This document shows positions 24,321 to 36,547 of a DNA stretch of 64,000 nt, in pieces. The translations under genes and the position numbers were made by a program. Position 1 is the first letter of the stretch. Each line of letters starts with the position of its first letter. Below the pieces are notes generated by a model. That model did not search any database and was not told the DNA's origin. It saw only the letters and a program-made list of their open reading frames with translations. Origin of the DNA: Lama guanicoe (taxonomy: Eukaryota); NCBI GenBank assembly GCA_013239625.1, contig MU053934.1, positions 713,285-777,284 on the forward strand. The letters are read 5' to 3'.

Positions 24321-26005
24321 CCTCTCAAATTTGTACCTCTGTAACCAGCTTCTCTCCTGAGCCCCAAATCACATTTCCTACCATACGTCTCCAACCCCAG
24401 CGTGTAGAAGAACCCACACGAACAGGTCCAAACTGGCATTTATCATTTTTTTTCTTACTCCTAATCATTTTTTATTTTCTCTTGTGGTAGATGGCTCACC
24501 ATCTGTCTCGTCTTATGAGCTAGAAGCATGAGGCTCATCTTGGATTCCTTCCTCACTTAACTCCCACCTCCATGCAGGCATCAAGTTGTGTTGATCTGAC
24601 TGGGAAATAGCCCCCAAACCCTTCCATTTCCAGAATTTTTGTCTTGCTGCAGCTCTCAATATTGATCAGCACTGGTTTGCCCACAGCTCCATAGCACATT
24701 ATCCAGGTCAGTGGAAATCCTTCGACTATGAAGTTAAGCTCCTTGCCTTGGCATATGCTCTTGCCTCTGCCTGAAATACTCTTCCACCATCATATTTCTG
24801 GCATTTGGAATTCATTCATTCAACAAAAAGCAATGGAACATCTACTCACCAGTCGCCAAGAGGGTTCTAGGAATATAGCAGAGGAACAGACAGACAAATC
24901 CCTACTACCCTCCAGCCTACATAATCTACCAAACTTACCCTGGCCAATTCATCTTACTCTTACTGTGCACTTAAAGGCAGTATTAATGCCACCTCACAGG
25001 GCCAAGAGACATGAGATTAGCTCAGGTTACTTCCCTCCAAGACACGAAATCCCCCCAGAAATCAGCACTTCATGAAATGTCACAGTTCTGCACCCCCTGG
25101 CACTGTTGACTCGTACAGTGCTCTACCACGCCCGAGATGGCATCAGTGGAAGCCATCATCCCCCACGGAGTGCTTTCCTGGGTACAAATGATGCTTTTAA
25201 AAAGAGTACACCAGCTTCCCAAATTGCATTTTGCTGGAGAAATCAATAGCAATGACTTGCAGTTCGCAGGCAGTGCTTTTGAGGAGGGAGAGATGCAGGA
25301 GGCAAGCGAGGAAGGGGTCGGGGCACTAGGAAGAAGGCAGCCGGGTTTGCTGGTAGATTTCACACTCCAGTGCCTCCCACTGGATGTGGAGGGGTGAATG
25401 CAGAGGGGTCCTCCCTAGAAACAGTGGAGAAATGGAAACAGATTAGTTTAGAAATGCGTTTGTGCAAACAACCACCCCTCTCCACTCCCATCTTTCTCTC
25501 ACCCTTCGCAACAATCATACCAGCAAGGTCTGTAGATTTCCCACTCTGAAATGCTTCCTGAATCTCACCTCTGCACTCCATCACCAGTAGTCCATACTGG
25601 ACCACCTGCCATCAGCTGACACTTGGACTAATGCAATGGCCTCCTATCTGGTTTTCCTGTGTTTACTCCTGCAGTATCATCAAAACCTATTCTTTTTACC
25701 TGAGCCAGAGTGATTTCCCAGCAACGAAAGGCAGATTCAAGTCACCGTTCTGTTTTAAAGGTTATTCAGGTCTCTGCTTAAATATTATGTCTTCAGAGTG
25801 GCCATCATGGTCCCTTGTTTATAACAAACCTCGGTGACTCTCTCTGATGTCTCCTTGCATTATTTCCCTTATAGCTCTCAGCACAATCTTAACATCTTGT
25901 TTCTTTATTTCTGTGCTTCTTATCTCTCTTCCCTTATACAACATTTTAGCCCCAGGGCTTTGAACTGTACCCAGGGCAGAGTAGGCATTAAGACATAGCT
26001 ATTGA

Positions 26006-26556
26006 CAAAAGTGCAATAGATAGTCACCCTGTTAGTATCGGCAAATCCTGAACTCCCAATTTATCCCTCCACCCCACTTCCCTCCTGGTAACCGCAGGTT
26101 GGTTTTCTATGTTTGTGAGTCTGTTTTGGTCTTGTAAATAAATTTGTTCGTCTCATTTTTTTAGATTCCACATATAAGTGATATCGTATGGTATTTTTTT
26201 CTCTTTCTGGCTTACTTCACTTAGAATGATGATCTCCAGGTCCATCCATGTTGCTGCAAATGGCACTATTTTATTCTTTTTGTGGCTGTGTAGTATTCCA
26301 TTGTATAAACATACCACAACTTCTTTGTCCAATTTGCAGATACTACTGTATATAAAATAGATAAACAGGAAGGTCCTTCTGCATAGCATAGGGACCCTGT
26401 AATAGCCTATAATGAAAAAGAACATGAAAAGGAATATATATATATGTATGAATATATATATATATATAACTGAATCACTGTGTTGTATACAGAAATTAAC
26501 ACATTATAAGTGGACTATAACTTAATTTTTAAAAAACTTTAAAAAGAATTAAAAAA
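26006..26556 (+). mobile_element. 5'-inverted L1 with 16-bp TSD
   Basis: Inverted ORF2 end/3' UTR at 26031-26331, sense 3' UTR from 26332 to the A-tail. TSD AAGACATAGCTATTGA (25990-26005) / AAGAAATAGCTATTGA (26557-26572). The minus-strand ORF contains KKNKIVPFAATWMDLEIIILSEVSQKEK. Confidence 0.9.
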
Positions 26557-28558
26557 AAGAAATAGCTATTGAATGTTTGAATGCTACTGCCCTCAGAATG
26601 ACAAATCTTCTATTAAAAAACTGTAACATGCTGGTCATTCATTCATTCATTTATTCAATAAATTTTTTGGAGCACCTGCTAGCTGCCAGCCTCTCTACTT
26701 GATGCTGGAGGTAGAGACAGGAAGACTCGGTCCTTGACCTTAGGTAGCTTTTACTATGGGAAGGGGGGCAGATATAGCACTGGGGGCAAGCAAAGGTTTA
26801 AACTTGGTAGGTGCAAGAGGAGGGCTTTGAACACCACCCAAAGTCCTGTAGAGCCCAGGGAGTAGCTTATTTTCCCTGATGGACCGGAGAAGACTCTGCC
26901 AAGGAGGTAGCACATTATTTGGGTTTTGAAGGATGCGTAGGAGCTTGTTAGCTATAGAGGAAGTGTGGAAGACATAGGACACCTAGTCAAAAATCAATTT
27001 ACCAAAAGTAGAAATAACATAGGAGGGTTAAGGGGGAGAGATAGGTTTCAAAGCTTTGGTTCTGTGATCTTTCCAGTAATGAAAATGAAAAGGAGGGAGG
27101 GGGAGAGAGAAGTCATGGGGAGGAAAGGAGGAGGAGCAGATTGAACAGCCGTCCCTCACCTTCATTCTCTTCCTCCAAGTGACATGTCTGTGATGCAATT
27201 TTTCTTTCAACTATTTACTCAGCAAACATTTAGCACCCAAATCTATCAGGTTCTAGGGATATGTAATGAACACAATGGGTAAATCCCTGTGCTCGGGGAG
27301 TTCCTAGTCAGTGAGAGACAGACCTGCAGACAGGAAGTTGTTGATCTGGCCAGTGTTTTATCTGGGAAATTGTGCCTTCTCAGTGGTAGCAGAAATGGGT
27401 AATGTTTAAGTACGCAGGCTCTGGAATTTGACTAGATCTAGGTTGAAATCTGCCTCAAGTGAGTCTCAGTTTTTTCTTATGTAGTGAAGTAGGGTTAAAA
27501 ATGATTGGGAGGCATGAGTGGAAGTAATGCATGGAAAATGTTTAGCGCTGTCTAGCATACTCCACACGTGCCAGGGATTCCTACTACTGTAGCCTCTGGT
27601 TGCTGAGCCTCACTCTGGGCCAGGATGTGTACTAAGTGCTTTACTTGGAGTGTCTCAGTTAATCCTCACGACTCAGTGACAGAGGTAGTATTACCATCAT
27701 TGTTATCTACATGTTACAGATGAAGATGCGAAGAGCAGTTGGGTAACTTTCCCGAGATCACAGCTTGGAGTGGGTCACTCCAGAGCCCTCTGGCCACTGC
27801 TTCCCTCTCTGACAACCACAAAGACCCTGCTGCTGGCCTGAGCCAGGTCTAGGATCTAGTTAAACCCAACTGATGTGACATCAGACCAAGCAATACCTGA
27901 GACTTTCTTTACACCTCCTGACCCCTGGTCTTGACTCTTCCACCTCCTGGCCATTACCTTCAGCCCACACTTTGCCCCCTTCTGAGCCTGTTTCCCTGTC
28001 TGCAAAATGAGCGGAGCTGGACCACAGCACCCCCAAGATTTGAGTCACTGCATTGCGGTAAAGGCTGTTTGAATGAATTGAGCATCATTGAGTGGGCTCT
28101 GATGACTACAGAATTTTCTGGTGAAGGATGGGTCCGCAGGTTTCAAGGGGTCCTTGAGAACAAGCGTCAGGCAAAGGGAGCATTGCTCTGCAATTTCTGT
28201 GAACTGCTAAGATTCTTTCCAGGAAGCAGTGAAGTGGGGGAACGTTCCTCTCTGTAGGCTCCTTTATAAGCAGGGGTATGGAAGGGAGAAATGTTCTTTG
28301 CCCTCTTCTTGAATTAATCACCATCAGCTGGGTTCAGCCCTCTTTCATCTCAAGAATCCATCTCAGGGAGAAGGGCTGTTCTTTCCTCCATCCAGACAGG
28401 ACCCAGTGAGGATGTCCTGGGCCACCTTTGACCAGTGGGTATGATTTCAGTTAGGAGGATTTGTATTCCAGTTTGGACTCTTCCACTGCCAACTGAGTGG
28501 CTTTGGCTGAGTCCCTTAGTCTATCTATGGCTAAGCTTCCCAGCTTTAAGATGAGAAT

Positions 28559-28725
28559 GGGGGAAGGGCATAGCTCAGTAGTAGAGCGCGTGCTTAGCAT
28601 GCATGAGGTCCTTGGTTCAATCCCCAGCACCGCCATTAAAATAAATAAATAAATAACCTTAATTACTGCCCCTCCATGTGAATAAATCATATTTTCCTTA
28701 CAAAGTAATTACAAAGAATATAAAA
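28559..28725 (+). mobile_element. vic-1-type camelid SINE (tRNA-Ala-derived)
   Basis: gggcatagctcagtagtagagcgcgtgcttagcatgcatgaggtccttggttcaatccccagcacc, (TAAA)n, then an aattactgcccc tail. Confidence 0.9.
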
Positions 28726-30484
28726 TGATGAACAGGTGAAAGTTTCAAGCTAAATGCCCTGGAAATATGTAGGTGCTCAATGCACGTGCAGAAAAAGACT
28801 GAAATGGGTATTTTGGTTCAATGGACGGAAGAACCTTGTAGGCATCAGACTTGGCACAAGAAGGGCTGTTCTGGCCCCAAAGGTTGTAAAACCTCACTCA
28901 CTTTTTCAAACTGAGGGTAGGACAACCACTTGGCGTTCAAATGAAGGCAATGATCTTGGCCTGTTTTGTTCACTGTTTTATTCTCAGTGCCTGGCACAAA
29001 GTAGGAAAATGTTTGCTGAATGAATAAACGCTTTGGCAGAGTGGATTAAAGCATGGGATGAGGTGGAGGGGTAGACCGGATGCTGTTTAAATTCACTTGC
29101 AGTTTTGAAACTTTATGAGTCTTTGAACTTTATATATAGGACCTTAACACCAGTGTTCTGTGAGCTTTAAGTAGTTAACTGCTGCCCAGCCTTAAGCCAC
29201 ATCAGGCAAATTCTGGTTTGAGGAAGAAAGGAGAGAAAATCTCTTCTTTCGGGGTTAATTGGAGAGGGCCTTTGGAAAAGGGAATATGTCTCTTTTTGGA
29301 AGAAATTCTCTCTTCTGCCCTTTGTGCCACTACCCATCTCCCACTTCTGAGCATAAGGACTTAGAAACAAGAGAAGACGTTCTTTCCTGTTGGGCACACC
29401 TGGCCCTCATTTTTTAATTTACTCGACTCTCTGAGATGGTTAAACCCACTGCCGCCTTTCCCCAGAGCTGGCATTAGTATCTATGTAGAAAAAGCCTGGT
29501 GGGCAGATTACAGGGAGGAGATACAGACAGAGACCCAGAGAATTACAACTTCCTGCTCTTCTCTCTAAGGTGGAGTGATTTCCAATCAGTTTTGTCCTCC
29601 CAGACGCTCCAGTCTCCCTGAGTTCTCTCCTGAGCCGTCTCCTCGGCTTATCTGCTTATTCTTAGGCCTCGAGAGTATCTGAGAAGGGAGAACTGTAAAT
29701 TATACTGTCAAATTGGATAGTACAAGAAAGTGGCAAGGAGATGAGAGCCAGGGCCTTCCCAGAGAGCAGCCAGATGAAAATGGTTATAAATAAGGTGCGG
29801 GGGCCACCATTGGAACCCTCTGTTCTTGACATTTGTACACAGGCTCCATGGTCTTGGCAGTCAGCCAAAGGCCCGTCTACAGATTTATTTCTTCACCCTG
29901 CCTGGCATGAAATTGTCCTCTAGATTGCACCTGTGAGCAGCCCAGTCACATGGCCTCATCTTTTAAGCCAGCTCCTTTTTTTGCTTTTGGTCCATGAAGA
30001 TGAGCTGCAGATGCTCACCTGAGGCTGAGTCTGATTTGTCCTCAGAACCCTTGGTGTCTAGCCCAGGGCAAAGTGTCGTTACACAATAAACATTTGTAGA
30101 ATGACTGAGTGAATAAATCAAAACTTTTTGAGGCAGTTGTCTGTCCCTACCACTACAGATTAATCTACTCTCTAGATTATTCCTGATCTCTTGCTTCATG
30201 TGTACGTAAGAATGCATTAGGCTGCAAGTAAAAGAAAATCTGGCCCATACTGCATAAAACCATCAAATATATATTTATGCATTTTTTTTAACAACACAAG
30301 CGACAGTGCCAGGATTGATTTATTGTCTCAACAATCTCATCAGGAATTCAGGTCCTTCTGTTCCTTCTGTTTTGCCATCCACTGGGCATCTCTCATGCCT
30401 CCTGTTGGTTGTTGGTTTTTATATGAACTTACTTTGCTGCTTCTACAGATGTCTTAGGATGGAGATGAGCTTTTAATGCATTGG

Positions 30485-30930
30485 TTGTAAACTAATGGCT
30501 TCATGACATGTATTGTTTAGCTCTCAATATTTTTTAAAATTTAGTTTCTGACATTTAAAATTTAGGGTATTTTACATAAAGTCCTAGATTTTTGAGTTCT
30601 CTTTAAAAATCACAAGACCTGGAAGGGGGGAAGGTATAGCCCAAGTGGTAGAGCATGTGCTCAGCATGCACAAGGTCCTGGATTCAATCCCCAGTTCTGC
30701 CTCGAGTAAATAAACCTAATTACCTACCCCTTAAAAGTTTTTTTAAAAAAAAATCAGAAGACCTGGAAACTGCATGGCCACACAAGCAAGAGTAGGTGGT
30801 AGCTGCCCTATTTGGTTGAACTGTGGATTGTCGTTTCTCCAGTGTTCTCCCCGCTCCCTGATGATTACAGCCTCTCAGCTATACCCATTCATATCACCTG
30901 AAGGAACCCCTGCCGGTATTTGAGTCTGGA
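30485..30930 (+). mobile_element. MER102-like hAT element interrupted by a SINE
   Basis: ttttacataaagtcctagatttttgagttctctttaaaaatcacaagacctgg|...gtagctgccc...cccctgccggtatttgagtc. Confidence 0.6.
30625..30748 (+). mobile_element. vic-1-type camelid SINE
   Basis: tRNA-Ala-like head, taaataaacctaattacctacccc tail. 20-bp TSD AAAAATCACAAGACCTGGAA (30605-30624) / AAAAATCAGAAGACCTGGAA (30749-30768) at a TT/AAAA site. Confidence 0.95.
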
Positions 30931-31150
30931 TCTTACTTCAGAGATGTTTTGACCCCCATGGCCTGCAGTTTCAGGCTACCGAGTAAAAGGCTTTTGCAGC
31001 TACTTTCCCCCTAGAAATTGCTCTAGGCTGTATCGCCCAGGCTTTAATTGTTGGTTCTTTCTGGATTCTACTCTTTGGCTCTGTGTAAGCCTTTAATTCT
31101 CTCACCTCTTTGAATTAAAGGCTGCTCACTTAGGAAAAAAAATCTCTCTA

Positions 31151-31283
31151 GGTGAGAGGGTATAGCTTAAGTGCTTAGCATGCATGACGTCCTGGGTTCA
31201 ATCCCCAGTACCTCCTCTAAAAATAAACACATAAATAAATAAATCTAATTACCACCCCTCTAAAGAAAGTTAAAAAACAAAAC
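31151..31283 (+). mobile_element. vic-1-type camelid SINE with internal deletion
   Basis: gggtatagcttaagtgcttagcatgcatgacgtcctgggttcaatccccagtacc. TSD AAAATCTCTC (31139-31148 / 31284-31293). Confidence 0.9.
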
Positions 31284-31469
31284 AAAATCTCTCATGTCAA
31301 AACAAAATTAAGATTTGGGCATGTGTGAGAGAATAAATTAATGCACTCACATCATAAACGATTCAGGAAATACATGATAAGAACATAAAGCACTGAGAAT
31401 TGCCTGTCATCCCACCACCCAGATAACCCTACTAATACTTGTGTGTACAGGGTTTCCTGGACACTTCCA

Positions 31470-31690
31470 GCGTGGTGGGCACTGTTCTAAGTGTTCTACA
31501 TGTCTTATTTCATTCAACCCTCCAAATGACCCTAAAAGGTAGATATTATTCTTATCTCTCTTTTATAAATGACAGAGTTGAGGCATAAAGAAGTTAGATG
31601 CATTTCTTAAGAACACACAACTAATACATGTGAAGTCTCAGTTTTAACTGAAGTTGTCTGTCTGGCTGTAGCATGCACAGTCTTGAGAAC
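31470..31690 (-). mobile_element. MIR SINE
   Basis: gcactgttctaagtg...aggtagatattatt...ttttataaatgacagagttgaggcataaagaagttag. Confidence 0.7.
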
Positions 31691-34600
31691 TGTATCATTC
31701 TACTACGTAGATGCATAATATTTTACATATACTTTGCTGGGATGTTCATCACTCACCTCAGGAAACAGTACAGTGCAACTGCCTTTGTTGAGTTTTTACA
31801 GAACTCACTAAAATGCCTCTGAAAGTATCTGGAGAAGTCAATCCTATTACTCTGTTTCAGTTGCTAGTCCCTCTTAGTCTTCTCCCTGGACAACCAGACT
31901 CCTTGAGTCGTTGACCGAAGGGGTCGAGGCTTTGGCAAGTGATGTCTTTTCTAGCTAAGATGTTTCTTATTAATAATTTTTGATTATTAATACAATCAAA
32001 GGTTTTGGGTGTGCATGTGAGAGAATAAATTAATACACTCACTTTGTAAAAGAGTCAGGAAATACATCATAATATAAAGTAGTGAGAATAGACCATCATC
32101 CCACCAGTCAGATAACTGTATTAATACTTGGATGTATATGATAATTTTTTATGTTGATAATTTTGATAAAGTTGGTGGTTTTTTTTATGAATATAGAGGG
32201 CCATGTGAAAGAATTAAACGAAACAATTTTTATTTCAGGACTTTTGTGTCTAGCACTTGACATGTTATTTCACAAGGCCCCATGTAGGTGGATATTATTA
32301 TTTCCATTTTTTTCAGAAGTCACATGTCCTAGGGCATACAGCTGGAAGTGGCAGACTGAAATTTGAACCCATGCAGGTCCAACTTTAAAGTCCATTTTTC
32401 CTTCACTATTCTGTACCATCCTCTACTGAATAATATCACTAATTATAACTGAAAGGGTAACCATCACATAATTTTGTCAGAAGAGTTATGAACTATCTGA
32501 TGAGAATGCTCTGGTTCTTTCTTGTGGGCATCACTGGGAGATATATGGGCATAAGGTAAGTTGAGTGATTTATAGGTACAGTCACTTTCCATCACAAGGA
32601 CTGTCTTTGAAAAAGTGAGTGTAAGTTCAAGTTTTGACAACGGTAATTTTGAAATGCATTTCAGGGGAATCAGTGTCAAGGAGGAACCCTACTGTATTCT
32701 TTTGTGACACATGGAACTTGCCGCTCTGCCAACTTCTCTTTGGTGAAACTCCAGTGTTCTTAAAGGGACAGCCTTGTGGTGGTGATGACTGTACATGGAG
32801 TAGATCTGTGACTAATGTGCTAATCCTCTTTGATTAAGAAAACCCCCTCCCCATTTTTCACAGCATGATTATAGCACTATTTAAGGGGCTTCTATTATGT
32901 GATCCATAGTTTTGAAGCACTAAGTAAATGTCTTTTGAATGAATGAATTTACTGAACAAATACTATGTCACAAGAGACAGATGCTGGACAGGAGGTGACT
33001 CTGAGATGAATAAAATTCAGTTCTTATGTTCAGGAATTGCAGGGTCTGAAGGGAAGACAAATGCGGAAACAGATACAAACAATGGTGAAATCAGTGCAAC
33101 CAAAAGGCGTTCTCTTTCATTGTTTCTATTATCCATTTATTCAGAGTATTTAATGTTTAACTACTGTTATGAGCCATGCTGTAACCTTAAAGCTGGATAT
33201 ATAGTGGAGGAAAAAAAAAGAGATATGGACCCTGGGGCCCTTGACCATATGGTTTTCCCATGTGTGTCTGCATGGTAGGCAGCATACTGTGGTATCTGAG
33301 TGTGTAGGTTCTAGCCCCACACTGCCTGCATTCAAGTTCTCCCACTTGGTAGTTCTACGACCTTGGGTGAACTGGTTAACATTTCTGTGCCTTAGTTCCT
33401 CTAGCCTGTGGATTTAAACGTCTACTTCATAGAACTGTTTCGAGGATCAATTAATATCTGAAAACAATAGATTAGTGACCCTCTCATAGTAAGGACAGAA
33501 TGGTATCCATCAGTTAAACAAATAGAATTGTACGTAATAAACTTGGGTTGTCTGAGTTTTGGCCAAATCCACATTCCACACTTACTATGTCTTGTCTTTA
33601 GATTGATGCATATTTTACACTTCAATGTTCATCCATGTAATTACAGCAAAAATAAGCCAAATATTACTGTCTGGGATGCATTGGCATAGATGCAATGATC
33701 GCACAGGGCATCCCCTTTGTGAAGCTCTCGTTGATCCCTGGGAAGAATCAGCAGCTCCATCCTCTGTGCTCCCACAGCACTTTGTGCCAAAAATTCTATT
33801 AAGTGCTCATCGGAATGCCTAGAATTCAATCCTCATTCTTAACCAGTTGGCCAATATGAGGCTGATCCTTTGGTTCACCCCGCTCCATAAGCCCAGTCCT
33901 GTAAATATTGAGAGTAAGAAATAATCCACCTGTTAAGACACGGAAAGCACTTAGAAAAGCTCATTGCACAAAGCACTCCATAACTGTCAGGTACCATTAC
34001 ATGTGCATCCATGTACCTCTGTGTTCATCAAGAGAATGGACACAGAGCTGACACTCCCGAGATAAGGGGCATGCCCTCTTGAGCTTTGAGAGAGCTCCAT
34101 TGGAATAAGCGGGGCAGAGCGAGGGCAGATGTGTGTTTGGGGTGGATGAGGAGCAAAGGGTCACGTTCTGGAGCTGGTTCTGACTCTCCATTTCTCTCAG
34201 GCATAGAGGAGAGGGGCAGAAGCTCACCTCTGCTGCTCGAGTGGCCAGGGGTTGACCGAATTCACAGGTGTGGGTGCAGAAGAGAGGAGATGAGTAACGT
34301 CTTATTTCGGGGAGTCAGGAGGAAGTCATGTCTCTACTGATTTCAGAGGAGGTAGGAAGGGGTTCACCAGGCACCTAGCAATGGAAATTCACAGAAAGAA
34401 CAGCACAGAAACAAAGGCACCCACGGCGTGACGTGTTTGGTTAATTACTGACACTTTGACAGTATTTGAACATAGTAGATAAACTGAGAGTTTCACGAGA
34501 AGACGCTGTGGAGGCATGGAGCTGGGCATTAAGGTCCTCAAAGGTCCCAAGCACTCCTGGGTATCTTTAAAAGGTAGAAAAAGAATGAATTAGCCCCCAT

Positions 34601-35586
34601 GCCAAACCACTATGGCTCAGTGCCTTCTGAAACACATTTCTTCAAACAAAATCTTTTTTTTCCCATACTTCTGCAATAACCAGTCTGAAGAATCTGGCAT
34701 TTAAAGACACAAATGTTTCTGAAATACCCTACCACAGCAAAGTATCTGAAAATGTTTCTTAATTGTTAAAAAAAAAGATTTCTGTATGTGCTTGGAACGA
34801 GGTTTTTTAAACACCACCCTTGAAACACACCATGGTTTCCGGTCGCAAGTGGCTGAGGCTGGTGGTGCTAAGTGGTTTAATAGAGATGCGTGTGCCTCTC
34901 TCTTGCACATCATGCCTCCACTTCAGTGCATGATTTTATTTTTTCTGTTGAGTAAGTGCCCTAAAAAGTTGCCACAGACATACAGCCCAGCACGTGGAAT
35001 GGTCACAGAGGATATCAGCACGGCCTCTCTGTAACCAGCCTGGCGGGGCCTTCGCAGAATCCTTTGGTCGATATGTGCTTTAATCTATCCAATATGGATG
35101 AGCTCTGAGTGCACTGACCAGAGCCACGGCCTCTCCAGTCAGCTTCAGTCAAATACAAGTCCCTGAACAGCTTCGTATGGAAAGAAAACTTATGCAAAGG
35201 AGCTGAGAAGAGAGAAGAAAGCCATGCTCATATTATAATTGAATGTAAAACAGGAATGTACTGGATTCCATTCTGGGCCGTGGGCCAGTGCCTGTCCCTC
35301 TGCTGCCGCACCCCCTTTGAGCAACGCTCCCTGCCCTGTGCACCCGGCTCTCAGTGTTCGCTGGACTTGCCCCTCCCTGAGTGCACATACCCATTAGGTT
35401 GTTAGCAGGTTAGCGCTTGGGTATCTGCTGTTTTCAGCTTCTAATGTTCATTGTCATTGTAGCGTCCCTTTTAGCACCAACGTACTTCAGGTGTCCAGAG
35501 TGCCTATAGCTCCCGGAACATGGCAAGCACTCATCCCTTTGGGATTCTGTGTGTGCTGCTCCTGCTGTTTAGAACGCTTGTCCCTC

Positions 35587-36190
35587 TGTTAGAGCAGACA
35601 GATAACTAAATACGAGCAGAGAAAGAGGAGCATGGGGCACATGGCAGGGACCCACACATCCTGTGAACAGTGGGGGTCCTTGGGCAGACAGAGGAAAGCA
35701 GGAGCCTCCGGACTGATAAGAAATCACACATTTTGGGGTGACAAGTGTCCTGGAGGCAGACAAAGAAAGGTAGGGAAAAGGCAGGAATCTCCAGCTTCTT
35801 AATGTAACTCTTTGCGCCTTATGCCCTCATTACAATAAAATTAGCCTTGCAGATAAGAAGTACCCATCATGCACTGAGACTGTGGCACTTCCGATCAAGA
35901 CTAAATAAGGGCAAAATTCTCTCCTCCCCTCAGGAAGGTGGAGCTGGGATGAAAATCAGGGAATATAACCCCAAACCTTCCCTCCCCAATGAATATTTTG
36001 CCCATTCATTTTTACACCTTGTGTAACCAGCTTGCTGAAGAAACTCAGGGCAGCTGCTCACCTGAGTCTGCCCACTCTCCCCTTGAGAGCAACCTATCAC
36101 TTAATAAATCCTCACTTTACTTTCTTAACCTCCATGTCTTCATCTTGGAATTCTTTCTGTGATAAGACAAGAACCTACTCTCTGGTAACA
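35587..36190 (+). mobile_element. ERV1-class solo LTR (MER39/MER41-like), about 600 bp
   Basis: Termini TGTTA...TAACA; perfect 4-bp TSD CCTC (35583-35586 / 36191-36194); AATAAA at about 36103 followed by U5-like gaattctttctgtgataagacaagaacc. Confidence 0.85.
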
Positions 36191-36547
36191 CCTCCAGTTG
36201 TTCTTAGTCTGTATTAGTCTGCCTTGCTGCTATTAAAAAAAAATTCCCCAGGTTTGGGTGGTTCAACCAAAAGGGATTAATTTCTAACGGTCCTGGAGGC
36301 GGGGAGGCCCAGTTGGAACAACCTATCACTTAATAAATCCTCACTTTACTTTCTTAACCTCCATGTCTTCATCTTGGAATTCTTTCTGTGATAAGACAAG
36401 AACCTACTCTCTGGTAACACCTCCAGTTGTTCTTAGTCTGTATTAGTCTGCCTTGCTGCTATTAAAAAAAAAATACCCTAGATTGGGTGGTTCAAACAAT
36501 AGGGATTTATTTCTCACAGTCCTGGAGGCTGGGAAGTCCAAGTTGAA
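36090..36547 (+). repeat. 229-bp direct tandem duplication (probable assembly artefact)
   Basis: Copy 1 at 36090-36318 and copy 2 at 36319-36547; identical up to the A-run, divergent after it. Confidence 0.95.

Noticed and set aside
25089..25105. CTCF-like motif tgcaccccctggcac (also cccctggtgg near 53226)
   Set aside because: Mismatches at strongly conserved positions; the first may be a MER91-type remnant.
28565..28636. Possible tRNA-Ala(AGC) gene
   Set aside because: Followed by (TAAA)n and the SINE-specific aattac..cccc tail with no immediate oligo-T terminator, has stem mismatches, and four related copies lie in the window. It is a SINE head.
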